A DNA stretch of 64,000 nucleotides from Myxococcales bacterium (lineage in GTDB: Bacteria; Desulfobacterota; Binatia; HRBIN30). Position 1 is the stretch's first letter, and each line of letters starts with the position of its first letter. The stretch spans positions 1 through 64,000 of the forward strand of contig JBBILD010000015.1 in assembly GCA_037445065.1 (NCBI GenBank), given 5' to 3'. The translations under genes were made by a program, and so were the position numbers. The notes under the pieces were generated by a model. The model was not told the DNA's origin and made no database searches. It was given only the letters and a program-made list of their open reading frames with translations. Below, one piece after another: positions 1 through 9,569 of this stretch.

Positions 1-1
1 G

Positions 2-250
2 CCAACGAACACTCCCACACCGACCGCAACTCCGACGAACACGCCGACACCGACACCTACCAACACGCCGACCGAAACCCCCACGGTGACACCAACCTCG
101 ACGCCGACTCGTACTGTATCGCCAACCCGTACGCCGCCGCCGATTCCAGTGATCCCGTCGCCGTCGAGTTCGAGCGGCCTGGCGATGGTCTTTGCCCTTG
201 GCGCCGGGATTCTTTGGATGTTGGCGCGCCGAGCCCGATCTGTACGTTGA
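2..250 (+). CDS. 3' end of a Pro/Thr-rich surface protein with C-terminal motif-TM-basic tail (partial; not in ORF track)
   Basis: Frame from nt 2 reads PTNTPTPTATPTNTPT...RTPPPIPVIPSPSSSSGLAMVFALGAGILWMLARRARSVR, TGA at 248-250; tail matches that of the next gene. Confidence 0.85.
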   Translation, partial: PTNTPTPTATPTNTPTPTPTNTPTETPTVTPTSTPTRTVSPTRTPPPIPVIPSPSSSSGLAMVFALGAGILWMLARRARSVR

Positions 251-302
251 CTCGAACAGCAAAACTCTGCATGAGGGTGGAGAGGAGAGAGGGGTCGAGC
301 GG

Positions 303-1304
303 ATGACGGTGCAGAGTTGGATGGCGCGGATCGTAGAGAGGCGAAAGTGGTGGTGGACTGCGTCGGGAGAGCGATGCAGCGTAGCGGCCCTCTTGTTGCT
401 CGCGACCTGCTCGCTGGTTCAGGCGCAAACGCCGCGGGTTGTGAGCCTGGTTCCGTCCTTTAGCGCGATCAACGTCAGCGGATCGGTGACTTTGGACTTG
501 CGAATTGACGACCCATCCTCAATCACGGGCTATACCTTCGGTATCACATACCCAGCCGCGCTACTCGGCGTCACGAGCGTGACCACTGGAACCGGGTGCT
601 TCAGCGTGCCGAACTTCTCGGTCGACGGCTCGATTTGTTTGACGTTGGCTTGCACCACGCCGCTTACCGGAAGCAACATCACGTTGTTTCAGATTACATT
701 CGTTGGCGAGGCGAACGGACTGGCTCCGGTGTCCTTTGCGGGTACAAGCTGCGGAGGTCCGTCAACGCCGGCTTGCTCACTCGAGGCCGGAGCCGCCTCG
801 GTTCCGTGTACGACCAGTGGAGCGAGCATCCAGGTGGGACCCACTCCCACACCGACGCAGTCCCCAACGCTCACACCCAGCCCCTCGGTAACGCCGACGA
901 ACACAACCAGTCCCAGTCCCACGTTTACGCCTACGGGGACTCCGACAGGCTCGCCCACCAACACCGTTCCAGCGACGAACACCCCCACCGTGTCCCCCTC
1001 GCCGAGCGCGACCCCGTCACCAACGGCGACGGCCTCACCGACCTCCTCGCCCACGTCGAGCCCGACGCGTAGTGCAACGCTGTCGCCGACCGCGTCCTTC
1101 ACAGCGACGCCGAGCCCCACTTCTACCTTGACGCCAACTCTGACGGTGACGCGAACGCCCACAGTCACCAGAACTCCCACGGACACTCCCGTGCGCACAC
1201 CACCGCCAATTCCTGTGATTCCAAGTCCTGCCAGCGGCGCGGGTCTCGCGCTGGCAAGCGGGCTGGTCGCGGCCATGCTGTGGTTGTTGCGGCGCACTCG
1301 CTGA
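303..1304 (+). CDS. Secreted cohesin-like domain protein with Pro/Thr/Ser-rich linker and C-terminal TM anchor
   Basis: Purine-rich RBS before ATG 303; hydrophobic signal ending VQA|Q; cohesin-like pattern (GSVTLDLRI...GYTFGITYP...LFQITF); ~120 aa PT linker; RTPPPIPVIPSP-TM-RRTR tail. Confidence 0.8.
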   Translation: MTVQSWMARIVERRKWWWTASGERCSVAALLLLATCSLVQAQTPRVVSLVPSFSAINVSGSVTLDLRIDDPSSITGYTFGITYPAALLGVTSVTTGTGCFSVPNFSVDGSICLTLACTTPLTGSNITLFQITFVGEANGLAPVSFAGTSCGGPSTPACSLEAGAASVPCTTSGASIQVGPTPTPTQSPTLTPSPSVTPTNTTSPSPTFTPTGTPTGSPTNTVPATNTPTVSPSPSATPSPTATASPTSSPTSSPTRSATLSPTASFTATPSPTSTLTPTLTVTRTPTVTRTPTDTPVRTPPPIPVIPSPASGAGLALASGLVAAMLWLLRRTR

Positions 1305-1366
1305 ACAAACCGAGCGGACTGGCTCTGGGCTGAGTCGGGGCGGGTTGGGCCTTAGGCTACTGGCAT

Positions 1367-2530
1367 CTACAGTCCGACGGAGGAAAAGGCGGCAGGCAAC
1401 GCGCCGATCAGTTCGCGTGGCGTGGTTGCCTCCACCAACAAGGTACAAAAAGGCGCGTACGCACCAATCACGCTGTCTCCCGTGTTCCACCTTTGCTGCG
1501 GCTCGGGGTTGATCCACACCACTGCGTGGCACTGCCCTGCAATCCGCGCAAATGTTTCGCGTTCGGGCGGGCGCCAGTTGTTGCGAGCATCGCCGAGTAT
1601 AAACAGCACTGTGTTGGCGGAAAACCGGAAGGGGTGGCCGGACAAGCTGCGTAGGAGCTTGCCGTAGTCGGAGCGTGCCCCCAAATCGAGTTTTCCGCTT
1701 GGGTACACGGTGCCGTTCGTGAAGTCGATCTCCACCGGAGTATCTACAAACCCGTAGAACTCGGAACGGCGAAACAGCGGGCGCAGGGCGTAAACGAAGG
1801 TGAGAAAAAAATGGCTTGCTGTTGCCACTGAGTGCGAAAGGTCGCAAAGCACGACAAGATCGGCGTGCCTCGGCCTGCGCTTCTGCCAAGCGATCCGGCA
1901 CATGATACCGCCTTGCGCTAGCGACCAGCGGAAGGTCCGGCGGTAGTCCACTCGTCCGCGGTGCGCTGCTGCATACCGGCACCGTAGCCGGCGGGCAAAC
2001 GCACGCGCGAGCCATTCGAGTTCCGACTGCAGCTCGCGCACGTCCTGGACGTCAATGGTCGGGAACGGCCGGTCCAGTACGGTGCGGATCGAGTGCTGCT
2101 TCAGGCCGGGTGATTGTCCTTGTGGGGCTTCTCCCTCGTTGCTCGGGCCCGACTCCTCGGCTTCCCGGCACTGATCGCTCCCACGTAGGTGGTGGATGGA
2201 GGGCAAAGCGCGGTCTTCAGCTTTGCTGCGGCCGAGCAAACTGTTGCCCGGTTGGGGCCCACCTCTGCCACTGGAGTCGCGGGGCGAATCGTGGCGCCGG
2301 CGTTTCCTAAGCTCCTTGGGAGCGGCCGGAAAATAAAGTTCGAACAAGCGCTCGAAAACCGGCAAATCGCCTTTCCGTTTGACAAGTGAAGTGGCCAGCG
2401 CGGCGCGCAAGACGTGCCGTTCGATGCCAAGCAGCGAAATGGCACGAGCTGCGTCGAGCGTTTCTGCTGGACTCGCTTGGATGCCGTGTGCCCGCAGCTC
2501 CTGGAAAAATCGGAACAACCGGCGCTTCAT
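1367..2530 (-). CDS. VWA domain protein, CoxE-like
   Basis: N-term LRAHGI..S..ETLDA; MIDAS-like CDLSHSV; ILGDARNNW; WINPEP..RWNTGDS. Confidence 0.9.
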   Translation of the reverse strand: MKRRLFRFFQELRAHGIQASPAETLDAARAISLLGIERHVLRAALATSLVKRKGDLPVFERLFELYFPAAPKELRKRRRHDSPRDSSGRGGPQPGNSLLGRSKAEDRALPSIHHLRGSDQCREAEESGPSNEGEAPQGQSPGLKQHSIRTVLDRPFPTIDVQDVRELQSELEWLARAFARRLRCRYAAAHRGRVDYRRTFRWSLAQGGIMCRIAWQKRRPRHADLVVLCDLSHSVATASHFFLTFVYALRPLFRRSEFYGFVDTPVEIDFTNGTVYPSGKLDLGARSDYGKLLRSLSGHPFRFSANTVLFILGDARNNWRPPERETFARIAGQCHAVVWINPEPQQRWNTGDSVIGAYAPFCTLLVEATTPRELIGALPAAFSSVGL

Positions 2531-2533
2531 GTT

Positions 2534-3421
2534 TCAGGAGCGTGCAACCTTGTGGCTCTGTGAGAGCAATGAGGGGAACTTCCCGCTCACCGTGTCGAGG
2601 TCCTCATCGTTCTTGAGCAAAACGCCGAGGGTTTGGCGCGTGCGCGGATCCTGGAGCTCGCGGATCCCAAGAGCGAGAAGCGACCGTGCCCAGTCAATCG
2701 CTTCGGCCACGCTTGGGTGCTTGCGCAACTGCAACTTGCGCAGGGTGTGGACGAAACGCGCGACATGCTCGCGCAAGGCCTCGTCCAAATCAGGCACTCG
2801 TACGCGCAGGATGTTGCGTTCGAGTTCAACGGTGGGGAAGTCCAGGTAGAGGTAAAAGCACCGCCGCCGTAACGCTTCGGAAAGCTCGCGCGCGCGATTC
2901 GAGGTGAGGACCACGAGTGGACGCTGGTGCGCCCTGATCACACCGTACTCGGGGATGCTGACCTGAAACTCTCCGAGAAACTCGAGCAAAAACGCCTCGA
3001 ATTCTTCATCGGCCTTGTCCACCTCGTCAATGAGGAGCACCGTACGCCGGGATGCGGTCAGCGCGCGCAGCAGAGGCCGCTCGAGCAGGTAAGCGGGAGA
3101 GAAAATTTGCTCCTCCACTTCCTCCCAGGCCGCGCCACGCAAACGGTCGCTTTGCAGTCGCAGGATCTGTTTGTGGTAGTTCCACTCATAGAGTGCGTGC
3201 GTGGAATCGAGACCCTCGTAACACTGCAGGCGAATGAGTTCGTAGCCCAGTGCCTGACTCAAGGAAACAGCGAGCTGGGTTTTTCCCGCACCCGCCGGAC
3301 CCTCGACCAATAGAGGTTTGTTCAACCGCAGGGCAAGAAAAGTCGAAACTTCGAGCTGGGGCGCGCACAAGTAGCCGACAGACTCGAGCTTGTCGCGCAA
3401 CTGTTCGGGGCGCTCGATCAT
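2534..3421 (-). CDS. MoxR family AAA+ ATPase (CoxD-like)
   Basis: Walker A EGPAGAGKT, RLQCYEGLD, ALYEWNY, Walker B LLIDEVDKAD, ELSEALRRRC. Confidence 0.95.
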   Translation of the reverse strand: MIERPEQLRDKLESVGYLCAPQLEVSTFLALRLNKPLLVEGPAGAGKTQLAVSLSQALGYELIRLQCYEGLDSTHALYEWNYHKQILRLQSDRLRGAAWEEVEEQIFSPAYLLERPLLRALTASRRTVLLIDEVDKADEEFEAFLLEFLGEFQVSIPEYGVIRAHQRPLVVLTSNRARELSEALRRRCFYLYLDFPTVELERNILRVRVPDLDEALREHVARFVHTLRKLQLRKHPSVAEAIDWARSLLALGIRELQDPRTRQTLGVLLKNDEDLDTVSGKFPSLLSQSHKVARS

Positions 3422-3453
3422 AGCCTGCGAAAAAAGGGCGGAGCCGCTCTTCT

Positions 3454-4443
3454 TTAGGCGTGGGCGACGAGCGCAGGAGGCCCCTCAACGCCATCGGCCT
3501 TGTTCGGCCGCCCCTTTTCTAAGATCCGGCGCAAGTGCTGCACGCTGATCGACTTCACGATGCCGGCCTTGACCAACGCTGCGCGCAGCGTCCGCAAGGA
3601 CCATTGCTCCCGCTCCAAACCGAACTGGCGAGGCGAGGTTTCGGCGACTTGCAAGATCGCTTTCCGTACTTCCGTCGTAAACACGCTGGGGCCGTGTCCT
3701 CGCCGCTGCGTTTGTAAGCCCAGCACCCCATGCTGGCGAAACCGCCGTACCCAGCGGCGCACAGCGAGGCGGCCAACGCCGAATCCGGCCGCGACCTCCG
3801 CTTCGGAGAGCCCACTGGCGCGAGCAAGAACGATCCGCGCCCGCTTGGCGGCCTCAGGCTTGCCCTCTTGCGCGAGCTGTTCCAAGCCGGCCCGCGCCTG
3901 CGGTGTGAGCGTCAAGCTCGCTGCCTGGCTGCGTTGCCAGAGCTCTGGCGGCAGCGGCACACCCTGGAGCAGTTGCCGTAGCCCCTCGACACTGATTTGC
4001 CCGACGATTCCGCGGCGCAGCACGTGCGCTTGCAGCCGGCGCAAAGACCAGTGCTCGAATGCCTCTCCCACGTCGCGCGGTGAGTGCACCGCGATCCGTA
4101 CGATCGCATCACGCACTGCTGCATCGAGGCGCCGCTTGCGGGCCTTTCCCGCAGAGGCGTGCGCCAGCCCTGCCAGGCGCCGTCGCTCGAAGCGCCGCAC
4201 CCAGCGACGCACGGTTGCGCGGTCGGCCCCGAGCTGTCGCGCAATTTGCGAAAACGGCCGTCCTTCTGCACGCAGAAGGATCATGCGCGCTCGACGCGAG
4301 TGCGACCCGCTACCTTCAGCCGCAATCCACTCCAGTTCGGCCCGTTCCTCGGCAGTCAAAGCGAAGCGGCTCCCGCGATTGGCCTTCGCCCGGCCTTGCG
4401 CTGGTTCTGCTTCCCGTACCAAACGGTTCCCTGGCTTGGTCAT
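3454..4443 (-). CDS. Protein with two tandem IS630-type HTH DNA-binding modules, no DDE domain
   Basis: Two ~130 aa repeats LT...R..L...RAR..L..A.G......A...G.....VRRWVRRF...GL...SPR..G....WSLR.L...G...IS...LR..L; start at 4443 or up to 4506. Confidence 0.8.
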   Translation of the reverse strand: MTKPGNRLVREAEPAQGRAKANRGSRFALTAEERAELEWIAAEGSGSHSRRARMILLRAEGRPFSQIARQLGADRATVRRWVRRFERRRLAGLAHASAGKARKRRLDAAVRDAIVRIAVHSPRDVGEAFEHWSLRRLQAHVLRRGIVGQISVEGLRQLLQGVPLPPELWQRSQAASLTLTPQARAGLEQLAQEGKPEAAKRARIVLARASGLSEAEVAAGFGVGRLAVRRWVRRFRQHGVLGLQTQRRGHGPSVFTTEVRKAILQVAETSPRQFGLEREQWSLRTLRAALVKAGIVKSISVQHLRRILEKGRPNKADGVEGPPALVAHA

Positions 4444-5071
4444 GGCCGCCGCATACGCTCTAAGTGCCGAGAGCATATACACTTTTTTGGCCACCAGCGC
4501 AAGCAAAACAAAGTTTTTCTCTTACGCCTCGTCCCAGAAGAACAGCGCGAACGAAATCGAGTCCCCCTTGGCTAAGGACACCTCGGGTGCCGCGATCACT
4601 CGGGGGGGCTGGGGCGGTTTTTCCGGCATGCTGGCTCTTTTACGAGGTTTCGTATCGCTCCGTACGATTGTCTGCATGGTCCCTTGTCTCCTCTACGCCT
4701 AACGGATGCAAGGCTGCTGCCAGCGCAGGCTGGCTTGTGAGATCCGACGGGAATTTACCGCCGGGGCGGGCAAAGGGTCGCCAAGAATACGTTTTTTCGG
4801 AATGATGTACGGATTTTTGGACATTCGCTCGAACCCCGGGAGTGACAGAGTCACGCGCCTGGCGGTCCGCGGCGTGCGAGGCGGAGCGCGACTGGCCTTC
4901 AGCAGGAACTGCTGGCGAGGAAAGGCACGAGCTTGGTGACACCATTGGGAGGGTTGGTGTTTGCAACCTCTTTCTGGTCGCGCAACGCCGTCACTTTCCT
5001 GCTCACCCGCTCTTACAGCGACAACCCGGAGCTGAAGGGACAAAGCCGTCGAGGCAGAGACTGTTTTGGAC

Positions 5072-5542
5072 GGCACACCCACCCCAACGGTGGACACCCA
5101 CGCGGAGGGGCAGGTGGGATCACGGTGATGAGGAGCTGGGATGGAAACCGTCGACATCCGGAGACCCGAAGACCGTGGACACCCACTCAAGAGAGACGGG
5201 AAGGAGACGGGTGGACACTCACTATGAGAGGCGAGCGCTGTCGGGGGAGGCGTGAACGGGGAAGGGCACGCCCGGCGGGGCAGATCGTGAGGGCAGCGAC
5301 GCGTATGGGCGGACGCAATGGGTGGACGGAAGGAGGACGGAAGGACACCCACTTTGTGGAGAAGGGAAGGACGGAAGGACTCCTACTTTGCGGTGGTGGC
5401 GCGTGCCTCCCGAGACTGTTTGTCCCGACCGAGTGTGTGGCGCCCCTTGTGGCTGCCCATGGTACATCCCCCCATGGTACATCCATGGACACCCACGTCG
5501 TTGTGGTGCGCTTAGGGCGGGCACCCACTCTGTTGTGGTGCG
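5072..5542. repeat. Cluster of degenerate short direct repeats with GGACACCCAC core
   Basis: Core copies near 5092, 5177, 5213, 5343, 5377, 5487, 5520; 25-bp near-duplicate at 5335-5359 and 5369-5393; CCCATGGTACATCC twice at 5456-5484. Confidence 0.7.
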
Positions 5543-5658
5543 ATCAGGGCAAGGTCCGTCCACCATCGTGTTGCGCATCGTCGCGTCCCCCGGGGGTTGG
5601 GGTTGGCGGGCTCTTGTAGCCATTCGCGCAGGGGGACCGAATGCTGGTGTCCAGGGAA

Positions 5659-5686
5659 CGTAGGCAGGCAAAACGCCTGCCCTACG
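5659..5686. repeat. REP-like palindrome (GTAG type)
   Basis: CGTAGGCAGGC-AAAAC-GCCTGCCCTACG near-perfect inverted repeat bounded by GTAG/CTAC. Confidence 0.65.
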
Positions 5687-5886
5687 AGTGTGGCTAGGCC
5701 GTCGTTTTTAGGAAGGGCAAGCGTACCGACCGCACCGACTGGGTTGCGAGCAGGCTGCCCCCGTCGTCTTCACCGAACTGCGGTTGCGCGCCCACAGTGA
5801 CACCGGCACCGGTCGGGGTGTGATGGACCGGCTGCCGGCCGGTGTCGCTTGTGCGTGGGCAATGGGGACGAGCAGCGTAGGTGCTC

Positions 5887-6546
5887 TTAGCGGCGACCCC
5901 CTTCGGTCTCTCGCAGCAGCCGATCGACGATGTTTGTTGTGCGCTCCGCCGCGCGCTCCGCTGCTTGGCTTCGCTCCACCGCTTGCTCCGCGGCAATCGC
6001 CGCACGCTCGGCCGCAGCCTCCACTCGCGCGGCGAGCTCTTCCAGACTCGGTCGCCTGTCCTGTGCTGCCGGGGGCGGGCTGATCTCAGTTTCCGTGACC
6101 GCAGGTGGTGGGGGAGGGGCAGGGGCAGCCGGCGCCGCCAGTCGAGATTCAATCTCCACGCGCTTACTTACCGGGATTCCTCCCTGGAACTTCACGATGC
6201 CCAGGTTGGGATACGCCTCCTCCAGCGTGTGGGCACGACCGAAGTCGAGTTCCAGATTCGGCCGCAGATAAAAGATGCGCACCTCGTACGCATCCCACGG
6301 CCACTCAGGCCGGATCTCTTGAATCTCCGCGTAGTCGGGGTCGCCATGTTCCGCGAGAGCGCGCGCCAGCGCATCGTTTTTGGCCGCCTCTCTGCGCAGC
6401 CTCGCTTTGTCGATCGCGTACGGCTCTCCGATTTCAGTAATGTACGGCCGTCGTGCAGGTACCTCGCGCCGCACATCTGCCGTGCTTGCCATAGCCGCAA
6501 ACGCCCACCCAGCCGCTAGCAACGTCCATAGTCCCGAGCGCCTCAT
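5887..6546 (-). CDS. Exported hypothetical protein with Pro-rich hinge and Ala/Glu-rich coiled C-terminus
   Basis: GGAGGA RBS before ATG; signal peptide MRRSGLWTLLAAGWAFAAMASTA; globular N-domain (HGDPDYAEIQEI). Confidence 0.8.
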   Translation of the reverse strand: MRRSGLWTLLAAGWAFAAMASTADVRREVPARRPYITEIGEPYAIDKARLRREAAKNDALARALAEHGDPDYAEIQEIRPEWPWDAYEVRIFYLRPNLELDFGRAHTLEEAYPNLGIVKFQGGIPVSKRVEIESRLAAPAAPAPPPPPAVTETEISPPPAAQDRRPSLEELAARVEAAAERAAIAAEQAVERSQAAERAAERTTNIVDRLLRETEGGRR

Positions 6547-6713
6547 TCCTCCGAACACCTCCTGTACCAAGCGAGGCTACGGCCAAGCGCCCCCGCGGTC
6601 AAGGAGAAAGTACACGGCCACAACGACAACCCCGTCTTGCGTCGGCATGCCCATGCAGAGTAGGGAAGCGGCGCCGCATGTTCCGCGCGTGCGGCAGTAA
6701 GGAGAGCGCAGTC

Positions 6714-7733
6714 ATGGCGTACATACCTGCCGAGGAACTCACTTACCAACGCCTTCGCAATTTGGACTTCCAACGCACGCTCTGTCTCCAGTCGGTAAGC
6801 GCCCTCGAAGTCCATGGCCCGCACTTGCCGTTAGGAATGGACCTGTTCATGGCCCGTTGGATGGCAGAAGAAAGTGGGCGGCGCTTTGCGGAACGGCATC
6901 CCGACTGGACAGTCGTGCAAATGCCGCACTTGCCCGTGGGCACCGACGAGCTTCCCGCAGCAGGTTCTATGAACGTGCGGCCTCGCGCGTTGTACCGGTT
7001 GCTGTGGGACCATGCCCGCTCGCTCGTCCGTGCCGGTTACCGCTTCATCGTGCTGACCAACGGCCACGGTGGGCCGCGGCATGCAGCGGCCATTGAGTAC
7101 GTGTGCCAGAAGGCGAGCAAGCGATACGGCGTACAAATGTTTTCGCCCGCAATTGCGGCTTTGCACCGCATCATTACGGGACAGCGATTCGATCGTGTCG
7201 AGGAAATCTTGGGCCGGCCGCTGAGCGAGACGGAGAAGGCCGGACTCGTCGGCGGCGAACACGCTGGCGGCTGGGAAACGTCCTTTGCACTGGCCGCCCT
7301 GCCGGCGGTGGTGGAGACCCAGTGGAAGGAACTCGGTTTGTTGCGGCCGCCCCGGCTCCGCCCCTTGCAAAGGCTCGCCGAGTCTTTGAGCGCCGCGTTG
7401 GAGAAGCGGGGCAGAGACGCAGCCAAGACCCGCGAACTGCTGGGTTCATTGGCCAGCAGCCTCGGCTGGTTGTGTAACGCGAGATACGGATATGGTGGCC
7501 CGCTGGTGACGTACAGCGGCAACCCGTCGGTGGCATCGGCTGAGCTGGGGCGCGCGTTCCGCGAGGTGATGGTGGAGGAGTGCTTGGCCGAGATCGAGGC
7601 GGTGACCAGCGGGAAGAAAGACGCGCTTGCCGTGCGCAGTATTGCTTCGGACCATGCGCTCATTCAGCCAAGCTTTGCTCCGCGCGTGCTCGCGGTTACC
7701 GCGGTGGTGATCGCGCTCCTGTGGTGGTGGTGA
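6714..7733 (+). CDS. Creatininase family amidohydrolase with C-terminal hydrophobic helix
   Basis: Motifs EVHGPHLPLGMD, NGHGG, EHAGGWETS; GGAGAG RBS. Confidence 0.9.
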   Translation: MAYIPAEELTYQRLRNLDFQRTLCLQSVSALEVHGPHLPLGMDLFMARWMAEESGRRFAERHPDWTVVQMPHLPVGTDELPAAGSMNVRPRALYRLLWDHARSLVRAGYRFIVLTNGHGGPRHAAAIEYVCQKASKRYGVQMFSPAIAALHRIITGQRFDRVEEILGRPLSETEKAGLVGGEHAGGWETSFALAALPAVVETQWKELGLLRPPRLRPLQRLAESLSAALEKRGRDAAKTRELLGSLASSLGWLCNARYGYGGPLVTYSGNPSVASAELGRAFREVMVEECLAEIEAVTSGKKDALAVRSIASDHALIQPSFAPRVLAVTAVVIALLWWW

Positions 7734-7748
7734 AACGAGGAGGAACTC

Positions 7749-8699
7749 ATGATTTTCGGCGTGCACACCGGACCCCAGAACTGCACGTACACGGAGTTAC
7801 GGGCGCTCTGGCAGTTGGCTGATCGGCGCGGATTCCACTGGATCTCGGTGTGGGATCATTTTTACCCCGCCATGATCGTGGCGGAAGACGCAAAGGGTCC
7901 GTGCCTCGAAGCGGTGACCACCATGACCGCGCTCGCCAAGGACACGGAAAACGTGCGCGTTGGTTGCTTGGTCTTTTGTATGGCGTACCGTCAACCCGCC
8001 GTGCTGGCCAACGCGATGGCCACACTCGATCACATCAGTGGCGGGCGGGTGGAAATTGGTTTGGGTGCAGGGTGGAGCCAGATCGAATTCGAAGCCTATG
8101 GGATTCCCTTCTTGCCGATTCGCGACCGCCTCGATCAACTGGAGGAAGGCATCCAGGTCATCCGCAGCTTGCTCGAACAGCCGATCAGTTCGTTTGAAGG
8201 GAAACACTACCGCCTGCAAAACGCTCTGTGCGAACCCAAGCCGATGCAGCAGAGGATGCGGTTGTGGGTTGGGGGCATGGGTGAGAAACGGCTGCTGCGC
8301 ATCACCGCTCAGTACGCGGATGGTTGGAACACTCCGTTTGTCAGCCCGGAGATTTACGCCCAAAAGAACCGTGTTCTCAGCGACTGGTGCGAGCGGCTAG
8401 GGCGGGACCCCGCAAGTGTGACCCGCTCTGTGAATCTGGGACTGGTCCTGGCGCGAACAGAAGGCGAGCTGCGGCGCAAGCGCGAGGCGCTCGCCCAGCA
8501 GTTCGGTGCCGCGCTCTCTTTCTTGGAACCTGGGATTCTGATCGGGACCCCAGCGCAAGTGATCGCGCGGATCGAACAGTACCGCAACGCTGGGGCGCAG
8601 TGGATCAACCTCGCCTTGCGCGCGCCGTTCGATCCAGATGCCGTGGAACTGTTCGCGAGCGAGGTAATGCCGGCTTTTTCCGACCCACGTCCTCACTGA
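7749..8699 (+). CDS. LLM class (luciferase-like, probably F420-dependent) oxidoreductase
   Basis: WDHFYP, YRQPAVLANAMATLDHISGGRVEIGLGAGW, VGGMGEKR, YADGWN; strong RBS GAGGAGGA. Confidence 0.92.
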   Translation: MIFGVHTGPQNCTYTELRALWQLADRRGFHWISVWDHFYPAMIVAEDAKGPCLEAVTTMTALAKDTENVRVGCLVFCMAYRQPAVLANAMATLDHISGGRVEIGLGAGWSQIEFEAYGIPFLPIRDRLDQLEEGIQVIRSLLEQPISSFEGKHYRLQNALCEPKPMQQRMRLWVGGMGEKRLLRITAQYADGWNTPFVSPEIYAQKNRVLSDWCERLGRDPASVTRSVNLGLVLARTEGELRRKREALAQQFGAALSFLEPGILIGTPAQVIARIEQYRNAGAQWINLALRAPFDPDAVELFASEVMPAFSDPRPH

Positions 8700-9569
8700 T
8701 GCCGCGGCAGCCGAATCGGTAGTGGCCGTGCAAGAGCTCGCGAAAGCACGACCGCAGGGCGGCCAGGGCGAGAGGGCAGAGACCTCGGGGGTAATGCCCG
8801 CCACCAGAGGCGCAGTAAGGGGGGAGTGCCGGAAGAGGGTGGCGGCGCGTGAGACGGCAGTGGTTCGCCAACGACTAGCGTTGGTACGCAGCGGTGTTCG
8901 AACGTGCCGTATACCCTGGTTCCAGGCCGGGCGTGGTTGTCCCAAGTTCCAGACCCGACGAGCCAACCAGGGCGGGCTGTGCGTTAGATCGGTGGGTGGC
9001 GATGAAGGCGCTCGCGCGGACAGGGCTGGGTTTGCTTGCTGCGCGTTGCCCGCCGAGTCCGTGGTTAGGCATCCGCAAGGGCCGCCCCCAGCCACGGTCG
9101 TCGTGCCTCCCCTGCGTCCACCATTGCTGCGCCTACGTTGCCGACCGTCTCGGTGGGTGACGGAAAGTCGATGCAGTCTTCGATGCGAGGACAGTCGGGG
9201 CTCTGCTCGAAGGACGTTGCCAGACCGGTGGTGTTAGGATCGTCCTCGCGCTCTGGGAGGCAGGTAAGACCGCACAAGGTGCAGGCTCGGGCTTGTGCGG
9301 CAGGCGGAAAAGGATGGTTACGGACGGGCGTGGAAGGGCCTCATCCCCACAAGCTTACGCTCGCGTTGGCAAGTTCGGCTTCCTCCTGCGCTCTTTCGGT
9401 GCCCGCCTTGCGCGGGGGTGATCGGCGACGGGCGCGTTGGTGGAATGGCGAAGCTTGATTCGCGCCGTACCTGGACGAGAATCAGGTTGTGAGTCGGCGA
9501 GATCGTTTCGCTCCGCGCTCAGGGACGGAACTCGAGCGGTCAGGTGAGTCGGCACGAGGAAGGGGAGTT

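Noticed and set aside
689..1297. Val/Gly-rich minus-strand ORFs (also 48500-49108, 58975-59259)
   Set aside because: Antisense translations of Pro/Thr linker codons
3454..4506. Active IS630 element
   Set aside because: No DDE domain, second ORF or evident terminal inverted repeats
5072..5542. Possible CRISPR array
   Set aside because: Repeats are ~10 bp, degenerate and irregularly spaced; no cas genes in the window
8700..9569. ORFs or ncRNA in the gap after the LLM gene, including a weak glycine-riboswitch-like GCACCGAA on the minus strand
   Set aside because: ORFs lack RBS or family motifs; remaining riboswitch elements absent
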